64,000 nt of DNA from Thermodesulfobacteriota bacterium (lineage in GTDB: Bacteria > Desulfobacterota > BSN033 > UBA1163), in contig JBEKWN010000031.1 of NCBI GenBank assembly GCA_049513055.1, forward strand, positions 8,012 through 72,011, read 5' to 3'. Both the position numbers and the translations under genes were made by a program. The notes below the pieces were generated by a model, which was not told where the DNA came from, ran no database searches, and worked only from the letters and a program-made list of their open reading frames with translations. Positions 49,488-59,042 of this stretch are shown piece after piece; the first letter of the stretch is position 1, and the number at the start of each line of letters is the position of its first letter.

Positions 49488-50798
49488 ATGGAATATTTAT
49501 CAACCAATAAAATAGCGATCATTGATTTAGCGACTTCTAAAATCACCGACCAGGAAGTGGATGAAGATCTGGTGAGAGAGAAGATAGGTGGAGTAGGGAT
49601 CACAACGGCTCTCTATGAGCAATATCAGAGTGAGGATCCCATTGTTTTGGGAACCGGCCTGTTAACCGGCACCCTCGCTCCTGCGTCAGCTTTAGGTATG
49701 ATCACGGCAAAAAGCCCCTTAACCGGTAAGGTATGTCATGCCCCATTAACCTTATATGCAGGGTTGGAGTTAAAATATTCTGGTTTTGATTATCTCGTGA
49801 TTAAAGGGAGTTCTAAAAAACCTGTTTATCTATGGATTCATGATGGCGTGGCGGATATCAGCGATGCCAAGGATGTTTGGGGAAAGGATGTTTGGGCCTC
49901 CACTGATACCATACGAGAGTTGATGGGAGACAGCCTGATCCAAGTTCTGGTCATAGGAAAAGCAGGGGAGTCTGAATCGGATTTTGCACAGGTTTGTATT
50001 AACTATTGGGCAAGCGGAGACCGCTGGGGATTTGGCAAGCTGTTTGGCCGGAAGAAGCTAAAACTGGTCGCCTTAAGAGGAATGAGTCTTTTGGAAGTTT
50101 TAGATGCCGAGGGATTCGTTAAACAATGTAAAGAACTGCTTTCAACCCTCAAGGCCGGAGCTTTTGCGGACAAGAAAGGGATTGAAGAAATTCCAGCGGC
50201 CATTGGAGAAGAGGATATCCAAAAATGGCTTGCTCCTCTTGTCCATAGACATCAATCTTGTTTTAACACTCCTTTTCCCACCAATACCTTTGTCTTTCTT
50301 GATGAAGACCCTGGCCTTTTGAAGGAAAGTGAAAAGGATGAACCCGGTTTTTTGATCACGGATGTCTATGGTTTGTTGGGATTTAAAAAATTAGGTTTAT
50401 CTGCTGCGGATGCCTGCGCTTTGCTGAGAGAATGTGCAAGATATGGGATAGATGCCGTCGCTGTCGCGGAGTTGAGCCAAAAAGCAGGCAAGAAAAAACC
50501 CGATGAGATCAAAAAGTCTTTTTCTGGCCTGAAAGGTACTCTTGAAAATATAGGGAAGGGAAGGTTTAGCCCCTGGTCTCCTCCGAAACCAATCTTTGCC
50601 AATTTTGGCGGCAGTCAGGATGCCCAATGGTGGGAGAGAAGGCAGGCCGTGGCCTATATTTTCGGGATCCATCCTATTTTTGCCCTCATGTCTCCTGAAC
50701 TGAGTGAAGAGAAATTGATTGAACTGGCCAATCTCGGAACTGGATTAGGATTCACTTCAGAGATATTGGACAAGGTGATCGCTGATATTTCAAAGTGA
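49488..50798 (+). CDS. Aldehyde:ferredoxin oxidoreductase-like protein, shortened and degenerate
   Basis: AOR N-domain motifs (GTGLLTGT, KSPLTG, LKYSGFDYLVIKG..KPVYL, GKAGE, KKLKLVA). Only 436 aa, and the Fe-S region reads SCFNTP. Confidence 0.8.
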   Translation: MEYLSTNKIAIIDLATSKITDQEVDEDLVREKIGGVGITTALYEQYQSEDPIVLGTGLLTGTLAPASALGMITAKSPLTGKVCHAPLTLYAGLELKYSGFDYLVIKGSSKKPVYLWIHDGVADISDAKDVWGKDVWASTDTIRELMGDSLIQVLVIGKAGESESDFAQVCINYWASGDRWGFGKLFGRKKLKLVALRGMSLLEVLDAEGFVKQCKELLSTLKAGAFADKKGIEEIPAAIGEEDIQKWLAPLVHRHQSCFNTPFPTNTFVFLDEDPGLLKESEKDEPGFLITDVYGLLGFKKLGLSAADACALLRECARYGIDAVAVAELSQKAGKKKPDEIKKSFSGLKGTLENIGKGRFSPWSPPKPIFANFGGSQDAQWWERRQAVAYIFGIHPIFALMSPELSEEKLIELANLGTGLGFTSEILDKVIADISK

Positions 50799-50862
50799 AT
50801 TCAGAAAATGTTCTGAGAGTTTGACGGTTGGGGAGAGCCTTTTGGCTTTTAAAAATTCAAGC

Positions 50863-52107
50863 ATGTCTCTCATTTCAACTCGTGATCATCTTCCTTATCC
50901 CTCCCCAATAGGCATCTATACGGGTAGCGGTGCCTCTCATTCATGGCTCTGGTTCGTTGGAATCCTTGACAGAATGGGTTTTTATAATGTCCATTTTGTT
51001 GACGAGAAAGATATCCTGTCAAACGCGTTAGAACCCCTCAGCGTTTTACTCATGTCAGGAGGAGACACTTTTGCCATTGCAGAAGGTCTTGGAGCAGAGG
51101 GTTCGAATAAACTGAGGAGTTTTATAAATAGAGGAGGACTCTATATCGGCACCTGTGCTGGGGCCTATCTTCCGCTGAAATCCTCCATGGATTCCCTGAA
51201 TCAATTTAATTTTATCAATGTGAAGATCTCAAATATTTCGCGAAGACTTTCAGAACCCGAACGACATTCATTCCAGAAGGCTGCCTGCAATTCTTATGGT
51301 TGTGATTTTGTCTTCCATGTGGTGAGAGAGGATGTTGTTTTGGAAATGGTGAATGGTTTTCAAGCCGATGGGAAAAAAGAGGTCATTGCGCCTCTTTATG
51401 GGGGTCCATCGATGTTACCCTCAGAGGATATTGAACCCATTGCCACCTATAAGGGTTTTACAAGAAAGACGAAATTTCTTGTCAAGAAAGAATTGGCTGA
51501 AAAGACCTTGATTGGAAACATTGCCGTGGCTAAAAAGTCGATGGGAAAGGGTCATCTCTATATATTCGGACCCCACTTCGAACATCCCTATTATCCCTCC
51601 TGTAATCTCTTTCTCGAAGAGATCATTCGTAAAGAGCAGAATGGGAGACCTCATTATAGTAAAAAAGATTCTTCTGAAGATCTCCAAAACCGAATCAAAG
51701 GGAAGGCATTGAGAGAATTATTAAAAGATCTGAAGAGGGAATTGAGCAATACTCGTATTATGGCTTCAGGAATGAGTGACTTTTCTGTGAGTTGGTTGAT
51801 CGGAAATAAATATTATGAGCCAGAAAAGATAAGCGTCTTTATCAACACGGTTTGGGATAAGATGAAGGTTCTCGAGTCCATGCCCTACTTGGAGGTGAAT
51901 AGAACTCTATTACTTCAATGTGTAGAGATTTCCAAAGAGATTACAAAAGATGTAAAAATAATCAAATCTGAGATAAAAGAACGGGGTGATGCCACCTCTC
52001 TTACGTCGAAGTTGTTTTTAAATTTGAAGACATTGTCTTCTCATTTTTTCAAGTTATACTTTAAAGTAAAGAGAGATCAGCTTCAGGACCAACCCTTGGG
52101 GGAATAA
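50863..52107 (+). CDS. BPL-N (class I glutamine amidotransferase-like) domain protein
   Basis: LLMSGGD, GGLYIGTCAGAY nucleophile elbow, GPHFE triad; start at ATG 50863 or TTG 50821. Confidence 0.8.
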   Translation: MSLISTRDHLPYPSPIGIYTGSGASHSWLWFVGILDRMGFYNVHFVDEKDILSNALEPLSVLLMSGGDTFAIAEGLGAEGSNKLRSFINRGGLYIGTCAGAYLPLKSSMDSLNQFNFINVKISNISRRLSEPERHSFQKAACNSYGCDFVFHVVREDVVLEMVNGFQADGKKEVIAPLYGGPSMLPSEDIEPIATYKGFTRKTKFLVKKELAEKTLIGNIAVAKKSMGKGHLYIFGPHFEHPYYPSCNLFLEEIIRKEQNGRPHYSKKDSSEDLQNRIKGKALRELLKDLKRELSNTRIMASGMSDFSVSWLIGNKYYEPEKISVFINTVWDKMKVLESMPYLEVNRTLLLQCVEISKEITKDVKIIKSEIKERGDATSLTSKLFLNLKTLSSHFFKLYFKVKRDQLQDQPLGE

Positions 52108-52695
52108 GTGAATAAGATCAAATATGGCATGGTTATAGATCTTCGCCGGTGCATCGGTTGCCACACCTGTGAAGTGGCTTGCAAGATGGAGAACAGGGTT
52201 CCCCTCGGTGTATGGCCGGCGTGGGTCAAACAGATTGAAAAAGGGTCTTATCCCAACGTAAGGAAGTCATTTCTACCCATTCTCTGCGATCACTGTGACC
52301 ATCCTATCTGTGTCACGGTTTGTCCTACCAATGCCTCGTTTAAACGGAAAGATGGAATTGTGATGATCGATCCCCATACCTGTATTGGATGCCGATATTG
52401 TATGGCGGCTTGTCCTTATGCGGTCAGATATATTCATCCCATCCAAAAGATCGCTCAGAAGTGTTCCTTCTGTTCGCACAGGATAGATGCCGGGCTCAAA
52501 CCTGCCTGTGTGGAGGCTTGTGCCACCGGGGCAAGGGTATTCGGGAATCTTCTCGATCCGCGAGAGGAAGTGGCGATTCTTAAGAACACCCATCCTGTTC
52601 AAACGATCAAACCGGAATCCGGAACCCACCCAAATATTTACTATATCGGTTTGGATAAGGATGTCGTCTCCTCCACCGGCAAAGGAGAAAGATAA
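52108..52695 (+). CDS. NrfC/PsrB/QrcC-type 4x[4Fe-4S] subunit (no Tat signal)
   Basis: YGMVIDLRRCIGCHTCEVAC, CDHCDHPICVTVCP, CIGCRYCMAACPY, KCSFC, PACVEAC. Confidence 0.92.
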   Translation: MNKIKYGMVIDLRRCIGCHTCEVACKMENRVPLGVWPAWVKQIEKGSYPNVRKSFLPILCDHCDHPICVTVCPTNASFKRKDGIVMIDPHTCIGCRYCMAACPYAVRYIHPIQKIAQKCSFCSHRIDAGLKPACVEACATGARVFGNLLDPREEVAILKNTHPVQTIKPESGTHPNIYYIGLDKDVVSSTGKGER

Positions 52696-52703
52696 GTCTC
52701 AAC

Positions 52704-53597
52704 ATGATCGATATCTTATACAATGTGGAGCATCAAGAGGCATTGGGCATATTGATCTCTATCTATTTCTATCTGACAGGGATTAGTGCTGGATCCTTTA
52801 TCCTATCCACTTTGGCGTATGTATTTGGTCAGGCAAAGTACAAACCGATCGGAAAGATTGCCGTCATTCTGGCGACAGTCGTTCTCATCATTGCGCCAAT
52901 GGCATTGCTCATCCATGTCGGAAGACCCTTTCGGGCCTGGAGGCTGTTTTACAATATCAATTTCACCTCCCCCATCTCTTGGGGTTCGTTTTTACTCACC
53001 CTTTATCCGATCAACTGTATACTCTATGGGTATTTCATCTTTAAGAACAATGCCAAGATGACAAAGCTCTTTGGGACCATCGGCATTCCTCTGGCTATTT
53101 CTGTTCATGGATATTGCGGATTTATCCTTGGCTTTGCCAAGGCGAGGCATCTCTGGAATACGGCCCTGATGCCCATCTTATTTCTTGTCTCGGCGATCGT
53201 ATCAGGCATTGCCCTGGTGATCTTCGTGGTGTATATCAAAGATAAGTTTTTCTCCCAAGAGCGAAAAGTGAATGAAGAACTGATCTTTGACCTGGCAAAA
53301 TTGATGGGAGGTTTTCTCCTCCTCGATCTCTTCCTGGTATTGAGTGATGTGCTCATCTTGTTGACCGGTAACGAAGAGGCCATCAAGGTAGGTTGGCTCC
53401 TTTTGACCGGGAAGTATGCCATTCCGTTCTTGGGTATTGAGAACGGGCTGGGCAAGATACTGCCTGCTCTTTTAATATTTTCGACAAAACTCAGGACGAC
53501 CAATCGACTCGTATTGGCCTCCTTTCTGGTCATGTTTGGCATATTTTTTATGAGGTTCGTGGTGGTCTTTGCAGGAGAATTTTATCCTCTGATCTAA
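52704..53597 (+). CDS. NrfD/PsrC-type membrane quinone-interacting subunit
   Basis: IYFYLTGISAG, HVGRPFR, SPISWG, VSAIVSG; about 8 TM segments. Confidence 0.9.
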   Translation: MIDILYNVEHQEALGILISIYFYLTGISAGSFILSTLAYVFGQAKYKPIGKIAVILATVVLIIAPMALLIHVGRPFRAWRLFYNINFTSPISWGSFLLTLYPINCILYGYFIFKNNAKMTKLFGTIGIPLAISVHGYCGFILGFAKARHLWNTALMPILFLVSAIVSGIALVIFVVYIKDKFFSQERKVNEELIFDLAKLMGGFLLLDLFLVLSDVLILLTGNEEAIKVGWLLLTGKYAIPFLGIENGLGKILPALLIFSTKLRTTNRLVLASFLVMFGIFFMRFVVVFAGEFYPLI

Positions 53598-53608
53598 CAG
53601 GCTTGTCC

Positions 53609-53698
53609 TGTCACCCTGAACGCCTGCCTGCGGTAGGCAGGAAGTGAAGGGTCTCAGCGCTTGGAAGAAAGAGATTCTTCGCTTCGTCCAGAATGACA
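53609..53698. repeat. REP/MITE-like inverted repeat (TGTCACCCTGAAC..GAAGTGAAGGGTCT / AGATTCTTCGCTTCG..AGAATGACA) with a 19-bp palindrome inserted at 53623-53641
   Basis: Terminal TGTCA...TGACA; the left arm is interrupted by CCTGCCTGCGGTAGGCAGG. Confidence 0.75.
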
Positions 53699-53758
53699 AA
53701 TTCCGTGGTTTCCATGTTTTTTAAGCACCGTTAAGAATTCAATGAAGAGGGATAGAAA

Positions 53759-55972
53759 GTGACACTTCTTACGCGTAGAGTCTTTTTAAGAACAGGAATC
53801 CTTGGGACGGCTGGGTTTGCCCTTGGGACCCAATTGGATAAATTGCTCTATGCGTTTGAAAAAGATGGAGACCTTTATTCCTTCCAGAAAGCCATCAGAC
53901 CTTTTACACTCGTCCCTTCTATTTGCCATCAGTGTCAAGCTGGCTGTGGTTTGCTTGGAATGGCCGTGGATGAGGAGCTCATCGGCATATTGGGCAATCC
54001 TCGATATCCAAATAATAAAGGGGGGCTTTGTGCCAGAGCCATTGGGGGAGTGAATCTCGTCTACGATCCTGAAAGAATCCTTTATCCCTTAAAGAGAAAA
54101 AAGGAAAGAGGTGGCAATCAGTGGGAAAGGATATCCTGGCAGGAGGCCATTCAAGAGATCTCCTCAAGGTTGGCAGAATTAATATCGAAAGGACAAAACC
54201 AGAGGTTTGTGGTTCAAATGGGAGTGGATGAGGGTGCTACCCCGGCAAAAATTCTTCTCAAGAAGATTGGTCTTCCCGCCCTGATCGATGACCTTTACCT
54301 ACGCGACCTAAACAGTGTGAAGGCTCATGAGTTGGTATGGGGAGAAGAAGGGGGTGTGGCGGATGTGGCTCATAGCCAAACCATCCTAAACTTCGGTTCC
54401 AATCCCTATGAAAGCCATGAAAGTTATATTCCCTTTGTTCAAAGATTAATTTCAGCAAGGATTAATAATCATGCCAAACTCATCACGTTTGATGTCAGGC
54501 TTTCCAATACAGCCGGCCGAAGTGATGAGTGGTATCCTGTCAGGCCTGGAACAGATATGGTGATCATTCTGGCCATCTGCAAACAGATATTAGACCGTGG
54601 CCTGGCAGACAAAACCTTTTTGACTCAGTGGACCAATCTCTCACCCGATCAGATTCTTTCCTATTTAGCTCCCTATAAACCCCAAATGGCTGAAAAAGAG
54701 AGTGGCATCCCTGCCAAAGAAATCATCAAGGTCGCCAATGACTTTGCTACCTTTAAACCCTCTGTTGCCTTTTGTGGAAGTGGATTAACTCATCAACGTT
54801 CTGGGACTTATCATCAAATGGCGATCCTTCTTCTCAATGCCCTGGTGGGGAACATCGATCAAAAGGGAGGATACTGTCTCCCGAAAAGAGTTCGTTTTGA
54901 AGAGCCCGATCTTCCTTCCATCGTTTCTGGGATTGACCATTTGATTGATGAAGAAAAAAGATCGATAGGTTTCTATTTAACCTATCTCTCAAATCCTGTC
55001 TATGCTAACCCCTCTGGGAAGCGGATTGGAGAGATATTAAAGGATGAAAAGTTGATCCCTTTTTATGCTGCAGCCGATACCCACATCACAGAGACCTCTC
55101 TCTTCGCAGATATCATCCTTCCCGTAGCCACCCAATTCGAAAGCTGGGGATTGGATTCAAGACAGGCCGTGGATAGGATTCCCTATATCGGTCTTCGGCA
55201 ACCCCTTACGAAGCCAAGAGGCGAGGCGGTTTCTTTCTCTCATCTCCTTGGTATGATTGGGAAGAGGGTCAAGAAAGGGGTTGAACTTGACGAAAAGGGA
55301 TATATCCAGGCGCAACTCAAAAAGATAATAGGTCTTGAAGGGAGCGATGGGATAAAGCGTTTAGAAAAAGATGGATTCTGGATGGATCCAAACTTGAGTC
55401 CGCCCTATGAGTCATACCGACCATCCGGTTTTAAGACACCATCCCGAAAGATGGAGCTTTACGTTTCAAAACTTAAAAAGGAAGGGCTTTCTCCGTTCCC
55501 GGCGTACAAAGAGAATGATAAAAAATCGAATTTAAATAATGGTGAGCTATTCTTAACTGCCTTTAGTAAAAATGTAGCCGCACGGTACAACCCGAACTCA
55601 AAGTGGCTCTCCGAGATTTTTCATGAGAATCCACTTTGGATAAACGAAAAGACTGCTGGAAGGCTTGGAATTATAGAAGGAGAGAAGGTTGAAATCCACT
55701 CAAAAGGAATGAAAACGACCGTTTGCGTTCACCTATCACAATCCGTCCATCCAGAGGTCGTAGCGATTGCAAGAGATCTTGGCCATTGGGCATATGGGCA
55801 TGCCGCAAGAGGTAAAAAATTTAAAAGCCCGGATGCAGATACTTCGTTAATCTGGTGGGACCATGGTAAAAGTTTTCATGTGAACTGGTTGATCCAAGAG
55901 GAAAAAGATAGGGTGAGCGGTGGATTAAGTGGGACAGGTACAGTGGTGAAGATAAAGAAGAGTGGTGGATAA
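53759..55972 (+). CDS. Tat-exported molybdopterin-oxidoreductase-fold protein (PsrA/QrcB-like), probably lacking the Mo ligand
   Basis: TRRVFL Tat motif, CHQCQAGC..LC, ERISWQEA, FGSNPYESH, ETSLFADIILP. The ligand region GLPALIDDLYLRD has no Cys/Ser at the PsrA 'SIC' position. Confidence 0.82.
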   Translation: MTLLTRRVFLRTGILGTAGFALGTQLDKLLYAFEKDGDLYSFQKAIRPFTLVPSICHQCQAGCGLLGMAVDEELIGILGNPRYPNNKGGLCARAIGGVNLVYDPERILYPLKRKKERGGNQWERISWQEAIQEISSRLAELISKGQNQRFVVQMGVDEGATPAKILLKKIGLPALIDDLYLRDLNSVKAHELVWGEEGGVADVAHSQTILNFGSNPYESHESYIPFVQRLISARINNHAKLITFDVRLSNTAGRSDEWYPVRPGTDMVIILAICKQILDRGLADKTFLTQWTNLSPDQILSYLAPYKPQMAEKESGIPAKEIIKVANDFATFKPSVAFCGSGLTHQRSGTYHQMAILLLNALVGNIDQKGGYCLPKRVRFEEPDLPSIVSGIDHLIDEEKRSIGFYLTYLSNPVYANPSGKRIGEILKDEKLIPFYAAADTHITETSLFADIILPVATQFESWGLDSRQAVDRIPYIGLRQPLTKPRGEAVSFSHLLGMIGKRVKKGVELDEKGYIQAQLKKIIGLEGSDGIKRLEKDGFWMDPNLSPPYESYRPSGFKTPSRKMELYVSKLKKEGLSPFPAYKENDKKSNLNNGELFLTAFSKNVAARYNPNSKWLSEIFHENPLWINEKTAGRLGIIEGEKVEIHSKGMKTTVCVHLSQSVHPEVVAIARDLGHWAYGHAARGKKFKSPDADTSLIWWDHGKSFHVNWLIQEEKDRVSGGLSGTGTVVKIKKSGG

Positions 55973-56583
55973 TGGTCCGACTAACTTTATCACAAAAAGC
56001 CTGGTTGATCGGCGTGGTGATGGCAGGGATATTTCTATGCGTCAATCTCGTATTTGTCCTCATCGGATACTCGACCAACAATCCCTCTGAATGTAAGACT
56101 TGTCATCCAGGTTCCTATAAACTATGGAAAGAGAATAAAGCTCACAGACAGAGTATCACCTGCACCTTTTGCCACAGCCGTCATTTGAGCAGTCAATTTG
56201 CCTATGCTCCGGGCAGGCTCTCCAATATGCCCAAAGAATTGGATCGGGACTGTATCAAATGTCATAAGAATTATATGGAGGAGAAGAAAAAAAAGATCCT
56301 GGTCTTCGCCGAACAATTAGATGAAGAGAGCGGAAAGGTCCAGAAGGTCTTTGGTCCTTGGAATTTGAAAGAGATTACCTGCAGAGGGAAGTTTTCTTGT
56401 ATCGTCTGCCATAAAAATATCGCCCATGATCGGGGTTCTTTTCGATCCAATCTTCCGAGAGTGGACTACTGTGCCGAATGCCATTACCACCGTGCGAAGG
56501 ATCCCTTTTGCCAAGTCTCTCCGAGGCCGAGATTGGTCTTTATTGAAGATGGGAAGAGAATGATATCCCCAGCGATTCGATAG
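55972..56583 (+). CDS. Membrane-anchored pentaheme c-type cytochrome
   Basis: N-terminal TM segment; CKTCH, CTFCH, CIKCH, CIVCH, CAECH. Confidence 0.9.
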   Translation: MVRLTLSQKAWLIGVVMAGIFLCVNLVFVLIGYSTNNPSECKTCHPGSYKLWKENKAHRQSITCTFCHSRHLSSQFAYAPGRLSNMPKELDRDCIKCHKNYMEEKKKKILVFAEQLDEESGKVQKVFGPWNLKEITCRGKFSCIVCHKNIAHDRGSFRSNLPRVDYCAECHYHRAKDPFCQVSPRPRLVFIEDGKRMISPAIR

Positions 56584-56594
56584 AGGAGAAACGA

Positions 56595-57500
56595 ATGCAG
56601 AGGAGATGGATAAGGTTGTCATTGGCTGTCCTTTTAGCAGGGGGCCTTTTTCTGATGTTCAATGTTCAGGCCTTTGCCAGTGAACCTTATGTGAAGCAGA
56701 CGAAAAAGGACTGTAGAGAATGCCATGTCGATAGGTACTACCCGGGCAAGGACTTCTTCAAGGCAGAGACCCAGACGAAATGGCATTATCATTGGTGGGC
56801 TTTCAGTCTTTTCCTTTTTGTATTTTGTGCTGGAGTACTGGGGAAGGTCTATGTATGGAGTATGGGGCGTGGGAAAGTCCTTCCAAGGGAAGGAATAGAA
56901 CAGAAGAGAATGGTCAATTTTCTATTTTTTGAAGCCATCCTCCAAAGAAGACTCTTCAAAGAGAGTCGATTGAGATGGTTCATCTATTTATCAGAATCGT
57001 TTGGATTTATGGCACTCTTTTTCGTATTTCTAGTTTTTGCCTTCACCCGATTTGTTTTACAAATAGATTTTTTTATCACGGGCGCTGGTGGTTTGATCTT
57101 AGAGTTCTTAATGGATTTCTTAGGACTCCTCATCTTGAGTGGAACGATCGCCTCCTTTATCCGAAGGTCTATCAAACGTCCAAATATGATCACAGAGAGG
57201 GAGGATATTATAGCTGTTTTGCTTTTATTCCTCATCGTCCTCACAGGCTTTCTCCTTGAGGGTTTCAGGCTGGCTGTCCTGCCGGTATCCTTTGAATCCT
57301 ATTTTTCCTTTGCGGGTTTGGCCATGGCCAGCTTGTTCCGCCTGATCCCCCTGGCCTGGACAGATATCCACTTTTATACCTGGATCGTTCATGCGACCAT
57401 CGTTTTCATATTTTTGGCCTATATCCCTTTCAGTAAATTTATTCATTTCATTGCCTGTCCGGTTTCGATTCTGGCCTCCTCTTCTGATCCTCAAGGATAA
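56595..57500 (+). CDS. NarI/DsrM-like membrane subunit with an N-terminal exported c-heme motif
   Basis: Signal-like N-terminus, CRECH, then TM helices, LTGFLLEGFR and IVH..FLAYIPFSKFIH. Confidence 0.85.
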   Translation: MQRRWIRLSLAVLLAGGLFLMFNVQAFASEPYVKQTKKDCRECHVDRYYPGKDFFKAETQTKWHYHWWAFSLFLFVFCAGVLGKVYVWSMGRGKVLPREGIEQKRMVNFLFFEAILQRRLFKESRLRWFIYLSESFGFMALFFVFLVFAFTRFVLQIDFFITGAGGLILEFLMDFLGLLILSGTIASFIRRSIKRPNMITEREDIIAVLLLFLIVLTGFLLEGFRLAVLPVSFESYFSFAGLAMASLFRLIPLAWTDIHFYTWIVHATIVFIFLAYIPFSKFIHFIACPVSILASSSDPQG

Positions 57501-57523
57501 CTCATACGAAGGAGGAAAAAGAA

Positions 57524-58138
57524 GTGGAAGAAGTGAAAGAAGTAAAAGAAGAAGTAAAAGAGATTAAGATAGATAACTTTGATAAGATCAGAATCCTGGA
57601 ACTGGATGCCTGCACCAACTGTGGTGAGTGCATCAAGTGGTGCCCGGTGATCGAGGTGGCTCCAGAACTCACCTTATCGATTTCACCTCCAGCCAAGATA
57701 AGAAAGCTCAAAAAGATCCTCACTGCTCAGTATGGTTTGAGAAGGATACTCTTTGGTAAAAAAGATAATTTTTTTAACCGACTTTTCAGAACTCCTACAG
57801 TCACGAAGGAAGATATTGAACATTTTGTTAATGATATTTATGCCTGCACCACATGCAGACAATGTCATATGGTCTGCCCAGCCCATATTGAGACGGTTGA
57901 ATTGTGGGAGAGGGTCAGGAGGTCTCTGGTTGACGCAGAATACGGTCCTCTTGAAAATCATAAAGCTCTGATTTTGAGCTCTCGTGCCTATGATGACCCT
58001 TGGCAACAGCCCAGAAGCAACCGGGCGAGATGGACAAAGGTGGCAAAAAAGGAAGGGAGGATTAAGGAGATTCCTAAAACGATTAAAACACCCCAAGGAG
58101 TAGCACCTCCTAACCAGCCGATCAAGCGAAAATTCTGA
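57524..58138 (+). CDS. HdrC-like / HdrD N-terminal 2x[4Fe-4S] protein
   Basis: LDACTNCGECIKWCP, YACTTCRQCHMVCPAHI. Confidence 0.85.
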   Translation: MEEVKEVKEEVKEIKIDNFDKIRILELDACTNCGECIKWCPVIEVAPELTLSISPPAKIRKLKKILTAQYGLRRILFGKKDNFFNRLFRTPTVTKEDIEHFVNDIYACTTCRQCHMVCPAHIETVELWERVRRSLVDAEYGPLENHKALILSSRAYDDPWQQPRSNRARWTKVAKKEGRIKEIPKTIKTPQGVAPPNQPIKRKF

Positions 58139-58160
58139 AAGAGAGGGAAGTTAAGGCAAC

Positions 58161-59030
58161 ATGACGGAAGAGAAAGAAAAAGATCTGGATCAGGCGCCTG
58201 AAACCAAAGAGGTTGAAGCGGCTGAGCGAGCTGAGAAGATTGAAGAAACAGCAAACAAATTGATGGAAGAAAAACAGGTTCAGAGTGCTGATTCAATCGA
58301 TGTCCTTTATTATGTGGGATGTACGGCCTCTTATGACATTAATGTTAAAGAAGTGGGGATCAACACCATCAACATCCTCGATGCCCTGGGAATTAAGGTA
58401 GGGATATTGGGGACGGAAGAAAAATGCTGTGGAAGTCCATTTCTACGGATCGGGGACTATGAGTTTGAGAGACTGGCGGAATATAACATCAGGCTGTTCA
58501 ATTCCCTGAATGTCAAAATGCTGATCACGGCCTGTGCAGGCTGTTACCGTACGATCAGTGTGGATTATAAGAAGATGGGTACCCTCAATATGGAGGTATT
58601 GCATATCTCTCAACTCCTGTTGAGGTTGATCAAGGAGAAAAAAATAGAGCTGAAGCATGAGATCCTCTCCAAAGTGACTTATCATGATCCTTGTCACTTG
58701 GGCAGACATAGTAATGTTTACGATACTCCCCGGGAGATTCTTAAAGCTATACCGGGTTTGGAATTTGTGGAGATGGATCGAATCCGGGAATTTTCCCGTT
58801 GCTGTGGAGCAGGAGGAGGATTTAAAGCAGGCTTTGCTGATATTCAAAACAGAATGGCCCAGGAAAGAGTCAAAGATGCTGAGAAGACGGATGCGGAACG
58901 TTTAGTCACCTCCTGTCCGTTTTGCTACCAGGGATTACAAATAGGGATCAATGCTTTAAAATCGAAGCTGAAGATGACTGATCTTAGCGAATTGGTTGCC
59001 CTTTCCATGGGAATTGGAGCCAAGAGCTAA
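58161..59030 (+). CDS. CCG-domain (HdrB/HdrD/GlpC-like) protein
   Basis: YYVGC, EKCCG, TACAGC, YHDPCHLGR, RCCGAGGG, TSCPFC. Confidence 0.9.
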   Translation: MTEEKEKDLDQAPETKEVEAAERAEKIEETANKLMEEKQVQSADSIDVLYYVGCTASYDINVKEVGINTINILDALGIKVGILGTEEKCCGSPFLRIGDYEFERLAEYNIRLFNSLNVKMLITACAGCYRTISVDYKKMGTLNMEVLHISQLLLRLIKEKKIELKHEILSKVTYHDPCHLGRHSNVYDTPREILKAIPGLEFVEMDRIREFSRCCGAGGGFKAGFADIQNRMAQERVKDAEKTDAERLVTSCPFCYQGLQIGINALKSKLKMTDLSELVALSMGIGAKS

Positions 59031-59042
59031 TTTCCCATGTAA

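Noticed and set aside
58136-58138. TGA ending the HdrC-like ORF as a possible Sec read-through into the CCG protein
   Set aside because: The downstream ORF is in a different frame, the codon is not at a Cys-motif position, and no SECIS-like hairpin follows.
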